In this document: in pieces, positions 59,583 through 64,000 of the stretch | How the letters are laid out: every line of letters begins with the position of its first letter | Numbering within the stretch: the stretch's first letter is position 1 | From: an uncultured Lachnospiraceae bacterium | GTDB taxonomy: Bacteria > Bacillota > Clostridia > Lachnospirales > Lachnospiraceae | DNA: 64,000 bases | Direction of reading: 5' to 3' | Assembly: GCA_947577185.1 (NCBI GenBank) | Contig: CANPUE010000006.1 | Location: 4,649-68,648, forward strand | The notes under the pieces: generated by a model | Database searches by the model: none | The model's input: the letters and a program-made list of their open reading frames with translations, nothing else | Told to the model about the DNA's origin: nothing | Translations under genes and position numbers: made by a program

Positions 59583-59638
59583 TGTTATCCTCCATTTATG
59601 TGCAGACTGTTGAAAAATCTATCTGTTACCCGGACGGG

Positions 59639-60244
59639 CTATGCCGTAATGATACGTTCTTCCGTTATGATAAGATCCGGTCTGATATCATGTTCCTCGG
59701 AAGGTATCTGACCGGTTACCTGACATTCAAAACACAAAGCCGCCGTACAGACTTTTCTGCCCGCCTGTGTCAGCCGGTGCAGATATCTGTCATAGAACCC
59801 CTTTCCATAGCCGATCCGGCGGCGCGCCGCATCAAAGGCCGATCCGGGCATCAGCATGAGAGGCTCCCTGCCCTGTCCGCCCTCCTGATCCGCTTCTATG
59901 GCAAAGACCGGCCCGTCTGAAGGTTCCCGGATACCGCGATAGCCTTCTACCAGGCAGGTTCTGTCGCAAATCCTGTGAAATTCCATGTCCATGCCGGTTA
60001 CTTTCGGGACGAACACCTGTTTTTGTTCAGAAAGAGCTCTGTCGATCAGGTAAGTCGTAATGACTTCACTCTGATAATTCACATAGGCAAGGAGCACATC
60101 TGCCTGCCTGTAGCATTCCATGGAAAGAAGCTTCTGTGCGATCAGATTGCTTTTTTCTTCCCTGCGCATGGGCGGTATCCGGTCTCTGCACATCAGAATC
60201 TGTCTTCTGATCTTTTTCTTTTCGGAGGCTGTATCTGTCATCAA
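59639..60244 (-). CDS. 5-formyltetrahydrofolate cyclo-ligase
   Basis: GIREP, PGSAFD, RIGYGKGFYDRYL, EHD. Confidence 0.92.
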   Translation of the reverse strand: MMTDTASEKKKIRRQILMCRDRIPPMRREEKSNLIAQKLLSMECYRQADVLLAYVNYQSEVITTYLIDRALSEQKQVFVPKVTGMDMEFHRICDRTCLVEGYRGIREPSDGPVFAIEADQEGGQGREPLMLMPGSAFDAARRRIGYGKGFYDRYLHRLTQAGRKVCTAALCFECQVTGQIPSEEHDIRPDLIITEERIITA

Positions 60245-60489
60245 TGTGTTCCCTTTTTCCCGAATTTCTCGCCGAGATTCGTAACAGAACCGTCTTTTTC
60301 CACGATAGAAATGTTGTCAAGCTGTCCACGCAGACTGTTTCTGATCTTTGCGACATAGGCTTTTCTCAGTTCCGCCTGCTCTTCTTTTTCTTCTTCGGTC
60401 AGGCCCTCTGCCTGTGATTTGTGATATAATTCGTTGACTCTTTTGGTCAACTCTTCTACCGTTTGAAATTTACTGTTTTCACTGTCCAT
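60241..60489 (-). CDS. DUF896 (YnzC/UPF0291) family protein
   Basis: RVNEL..K...GLTEEEKEEQAELRKAY. Confidence 0.88.
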   Translation of the reverse strand: MDSENSKFQTVEELTKRVNELYHKSQAEGLTEEEKEEQAELRKAYVAKIRNSLRGQLDNISIVEKDGSVTNLGEKFGKKGTH

Positions 60490-60566
60490 TTGTCTGTCCT
60501 TCCTTTTTCAAACAGGATTGTGTAACCGAAATAGGAAACGCTGCCCGGCGCCGGCTTCCTTGACGG

Positions 60567-61427
60567 TCAGTGGCCGTGCATCTGCTGTACATACAGCGGC
60601 AGATCGAACTGACTGTCCGGTTTCGCCAGGAAAAGTGTCCCGATGTTTTTCCCGTCCAGAATGCGATGGATGATCTTGATATCCTTACTGTTGGCAATCA
60701 CCATATCGACGCCCGTACTGCCTGCGATTCTGGCCGCCTGCAGTTTTGTGTTCATGCCGCCGGTGCCTGATTCGCTGCCGGTGGATGCCTTGCCCATTTC
60801 CATCAGTTCCTGTGTGAGTTCCTCTACCACTTCTATGTATTTTGCATTTGGGTTGTGGCGCGGGTCGTCCGTATACAGCCCGTCTATGTCTGAGAGCAGA
60901 ATCAGCAGATCCGCTTTGACTAAAGATGCCACGATCGCGGACAGTGTATCGTTATCTCCGATCTCGATTTCATAGGTAGCCACCGTGTCGTTTTCGTTCA
61001 CAATGGGAATTACGCCCAGTTTGAACAGCTCCGCAAAGGTATTCTGCGCATTAAAGCGGTTCAGGTTATCTATGATCGTGTTTTTTGTCATTAGAATCTG
61101 TGCGGCTACCTGATTATACTCCGCAAAGATTTTCTGATAGGTCATCATGAGTCTTGCCTGTCCGACTGCGGCGTATGCCTGTTTTACTGCAATCGGATTA
61201 TCTTCTTTTCCGGGATGTATGGCGACCGCCTTTTTTCCGACAGCGATCGCGCCGGAAGTCACAAGTACCACGTCCTTTCCCTGATTCCGCAGATCACACA
61301 GTTCCCGGACCAGCACATCCAGTTTGGTATAGTCCAGATCTCCCGTTTCTTTATGCTGTAACGATGAGGAACCGATCTTGATGACGATCCTTTTTTTGTC
61401 TTTTAGTCTCTCCCTGAAATCCGGCAT
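60567..61427 (-). CDS. proB: Glutamate 5-kinase (no PUA domain)
   Basis: KIGSS, TSGA, AVGQ, NENDT, GDND, GTGGMNTK. Confidence 0.95.
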   Translation of the reverse strand: MPDFRERLKDKKRIVIKIGSSSLQHKETGDLDYTKLDVLVRELCDLRNQGKDVVLVTSGAIAVGKKAVAIHPGKEDNPIAVKQAYAAVGQARLMMTYQKIFAEYNQVAAQILMTKNTIIDNLNRFNAQNTFAELFKLGVIPIVNENDTVATYEIEIGDNDTLSAIVASLVKADLLILLSDIDGLYTDDPRHNPNAKYIEVVEELTQELMEMGKASTGSESGTGGMNTKLQAARIAGSTGVDMVIANSKDIKIIHRILDGKNIGTLFLAKPDSQFDLPLYVQQMHGH

Positions 61428-61487
61428 TGCTCTTTTCCTTTCTTCCGTCTGTCTGTATTGTCTGTCTTTTGTCTGATCAAAGCGCGC

Positions 61488-63110
61488 TCATACGGCTGTG
61501 TTCTGCGCGATCTTTTCCGCAGTCAGCATCCCGTCCATCGCTGCCGATGTGATGCCGCCCGCATACCCGGCGCCCTCGCCGCAGGGATAGAGCCCCTTTA
61601 TGGCGGACTGACCGCTCTCATCGCGGTGTATCCTGACCGGAGAGGATGTTCTGCTCTCCACGCCCGATACATATACGCCGCTGTCTCCGAATCCCGGCAG
61701 GATACGGTCAAACTGTTCCATTCCTTCGACAAAAGACTGATTCAGATCCGCAGGCAGGATATCATGAACTGCCGCAAAGCGGTATGCGCCTTTCATTTCA
61801 GGACAAAACGCAGGGTATTTTTGTAATATAGCTGATATTTCCTTTTCTTTTCCCGTGACAGCCTGTCTGAAATCACCGTAAGTCTCGACCGGGATCTGCC
61901 CTCTTCCAAGCTCATACGCTTTTTTTTCAAGGTTTTGCTGAAAATGAACGCCCGCAAGCGGATGTCCGCTTTTAAAATCATCCGGGGTCACGGTAATGAT
62001 AACTGCACTGTTACTGTTTCCGCCGTCCCGGCCGCTGTAGCTCATGCCGTTGATGGAAAGGCCGCCCGGTTCCGATGAGGCGTTAACAACATAACCGCCC
62101 GGACACATGCAGAAGGAATAAACGCCGCGTCCATTGCCCGTTTTGGCCGTTACTTTATAGGAAGCCGCAGGCAGAAATCTGCTTTCTTCCATGCCATACT
62201 GAATCTGGTTGATCATGCGGCGGGGATGCTCTACGCGCAGGCCGACTGCAAAGGATTTGGCATCCATCGGCACGCCCCGGTCGTAAAGCATTCGGAAGGT
62301 ATCTCTGGCACTGTGCCCGATGGCCAGTACAACGGTATCCGCTTCCAGATGCTGCGTCTCATTGATGACGACCTCACGCACCCGTCCATCCCTGATCACC
62401 AGATCCGTCACTTTGCTCTCAAAACGCACGCTGCCGCCGCAGGACAGTATCTTTTCCCGTATGTTTTTAACGACGCGCATCAGGATATCCGTACCGATAT
62501 GCGGTCTGGCGTCATAGAGAATCTCTTCCGGCGCCCCGGCCTCCACGAGAAGACGGAGCACTTCTTTGTTTCTGCCGTTTCGATCTTTTACCAGCGTATT
62601 TAATTTGCCGTCTGAGAAGGTTCCCGCCCCGCCTTCCCCAAACTGCACGTTGGAGTCCGGATGTAAGGAACCGCTTTTCCAGAACGCTTCCACATCCTTT
62701 TTCCGTTCCTCCACCATCCTGCCGCGCTCGAGCAAAACAGGCCGGTATCCGTTTACTGCCAGAAAATATGCACAGAAGAGGCCTGCCGGTCCGCTTCCGA
62801 TGACGACGGGGCTTTTTGGGGGCAGAGGTTTCTCAGAACGTGGAAAATGATACCCTTCCTCTTTCACCCGCTGGATCCGGTCTGTGCGTCCGCGGTTCAA
62901 AAGCCTTTGTTCTTTCGCGGCATCTTTCAGTGACAGATCCACGGTATAAGTATAATACAGCTCCGGTTTCTTCCTGGCATCAATGGACTTTTTGACGATT
63001 TGAAAGGAACGGATCTCATTTTTTCCGGTCTGCAGCACGCCGGCAGTTTTCTTTATCAGATCCTCCTGCGTGTGAGAAACCGGCATTTTAATTTGGCTGA
63101 TTCTGATCAT
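61488..63110 (-). CDS. Uncharacterised FAD-dependent oxidoreductase
   Basis: GSGPAG, QFGEGGAGTFSDGKL, FCMCPGG, GEGAGYAGGITSAA. Confidence 0.88.
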   Translation of the reverse strand: MIRISQIKMPVSHTQEDLIKKTAGVLQTGKNEIRSFQIVKKSIDARKKPELYYTYTVDLSLKDAAKEQRLLNRGRTDRIQRVKEEGYHFPRSEKPLPPKSPVVIGSGPAGLFCAYFLAVNGYRPVLLERGRMVEERKKDVEAFWKSGSLHPDSNVQFGEGGAGTFSDGKLNTLVKDRNGRNKEVLRLLVEAGAPEEILYDARPHIGTDILMRVVKNIREKILSCGGSVRFESKVTDLVIRDGRVREVVINETQHLEADTVVLAIGHSARDTFRMLYDRGVPMDAKSFAVGLRVEHPRRMINQIQYGMEESRFLPAASYKVTAKTGNGRGVYSFCMCPGGYVVNASSEPGGLSINGMSYSGRDGGNSNSAVIITVTPDDFKSGHPLAGVHFQQNLEKKAYELGRGQIPVETYGDFRQAVTGKEKEISAILQKYPAFCPEMKGAYRFAAVHDILPADLNQSFVEGMEQFDRILPGFGDSGVYVSGVESRTSSPVRIHRDESGQSAIKGLYPCGEGAGYAGGITSAAMDGMLTAEKIAQNTAV

Positions 63111-63128
63111 TTCAGTAGACTTACCCTC

Positions 63129-64000
63129 TTAGATTCCTGTTTTATCCTGTGCTGCGGCACGTCCGGCTGCTGTTCCGCTCGTCCATGCCCACTGTAAGTT
63201 ATAACCGCCGCAGATCCCGTCCATATCTATGATCTCACCGGCAAAATACAGGTGCGGTATGCAGCGGGATTCCAGAGTTTCCTTTAGTTCCTTCGCGGGA
63301 ATCCCCCCGGCGGTGACCTGTGCGTGTTCAAAACCGTTTGCGGCCTGTACGTGAACGGTAAAAGCTCTGTAGAGTGTTTCTATGTTCCGGCGTTTTTTTT
63401 CCGAAAGTGTCTGTACCTGGTCAGACGGCCTGCACTGCGCCTGACGTAAGATCAGCTGATTGATCTTCTTATTGGCGATTCCGGTCAGAAACTGCTCCAT
63501 CGTCTGGGGCGGCGTCTTTTTACGGGCGGCGTCATGATCCTGCTTCGCTTCTGTACCGGCTGCGTCCCATCGTCTGCTCCAGAAGCGTTCGTACGTCTCT
63601 TCCAAGAGCTGCGGCAGAAAATTGATCGAGACTGTCACCTGTCTGTTGTCAGCCAGGGCGTATGCCGCCTGCCGGCTGAACTGGAATACCGGAATACCGG
63701 AAATACCGTAATCGGTTATCTGCAGTTCTCCCTGTACATAATTTTCTGATCTGCCGTCGATAAAAAGTTCCAGCCCCGCTTCCGTGCGGACCCCGGCCAC
63801 ACTTTTCCAAAAGTCTCCTTTACAGCGCAGCTGTACGAGCGCCGGAACGAGTCTGGTCCTGTGGTGGCCAAGCGATCCGGCCAGTTCATATCCATTGCCG
63901 TCGGAACCGGTTTTGGGCGCTGCCATGCCGCCGCTTGCAAGGATGACTGCATCGTAACAATCCGTCGTCTCCTGATCCATCCTGCGCAGCCGCAGACTGC
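63129..64000 (-). CDS. HI0933/BaiN-like flavoprotein, partial (5' end outside window)
   Basis: ASGG..P.TGSDG, GISG, AQVTAGG, CGGYNLQWAW; frame stays open to the window edge. Confidence 0.9.
   Translation of the reverse strand, partial: SLRLRRMDQETTDCYDAVILASGGMAAPKTGSDGNGYELAGSLGHHRTRLVPALVQLRCKGDFWKSVAGVRTEAGLELFIDGRSENYVQGELQITDYGISGIPVFQFSRQAAYALADNRQVTVSINFLPQLLEETYERFWSRRWDAAGTEAKQDHDAARKKTPPQTMEQFLTGIANKKINQLILRQAQCRPSDQVQTLSEKKRRNIETLYRAFTVHVQAANGFEHAQVTAGGIPAKELKETLESRCIPHLYFAGEIIDMDGICGGYNLQWAWTSGTAAGRAAAQDKTGI

Overview
A 64-kb core-chromosome segment from an anaerobic, motile, probably spore-forming Clostridia genome. Gene content and order are consistent with Lachnospiraceae (inference). 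Almost all genes lie on the minus strand. In window order: chemotaxis (MCP tail, soluble MCP + FIST), rsfS-yqeK-nadD-yhbY-obgE, rpmA-prp-rplU with an L21 leader, NUDIX, RNase G, a radical-SAM pair, a partial his operon, recU and RNA-modification genes, ylbJ, an amidase, coaD-rsmD, topoisomerase IV-like genes, a c-di-GMP/accessory patch, leuCD, ilv genes, metH, a GltD-linked [FeFe] hydrogenase, a Zn/Cd efflux operon, proBA and flavoproteins. I saw no CRISPR array, tRNA/rRNA, transposase, integrase or prophage, and no unmistakable new multi-gene system. The best leads are an RsuA-HAD fusion (possible pseudouridine-5'-phosphatase), a split FIST + sensorless MCP chemoreceptor, a catalytically dead HisF-like barrel fused to HisIE, a two-subunit GltD-linked hydrogenase, a triple 23-bp-phased operator built into an XRE promoter, a degenerate EAL-HDOD protein and a nuclease-like gene upstream of parE. 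All calls are from motif recognition by eye. Several starts were moved from the ORF track using RBS position and family N-termini.
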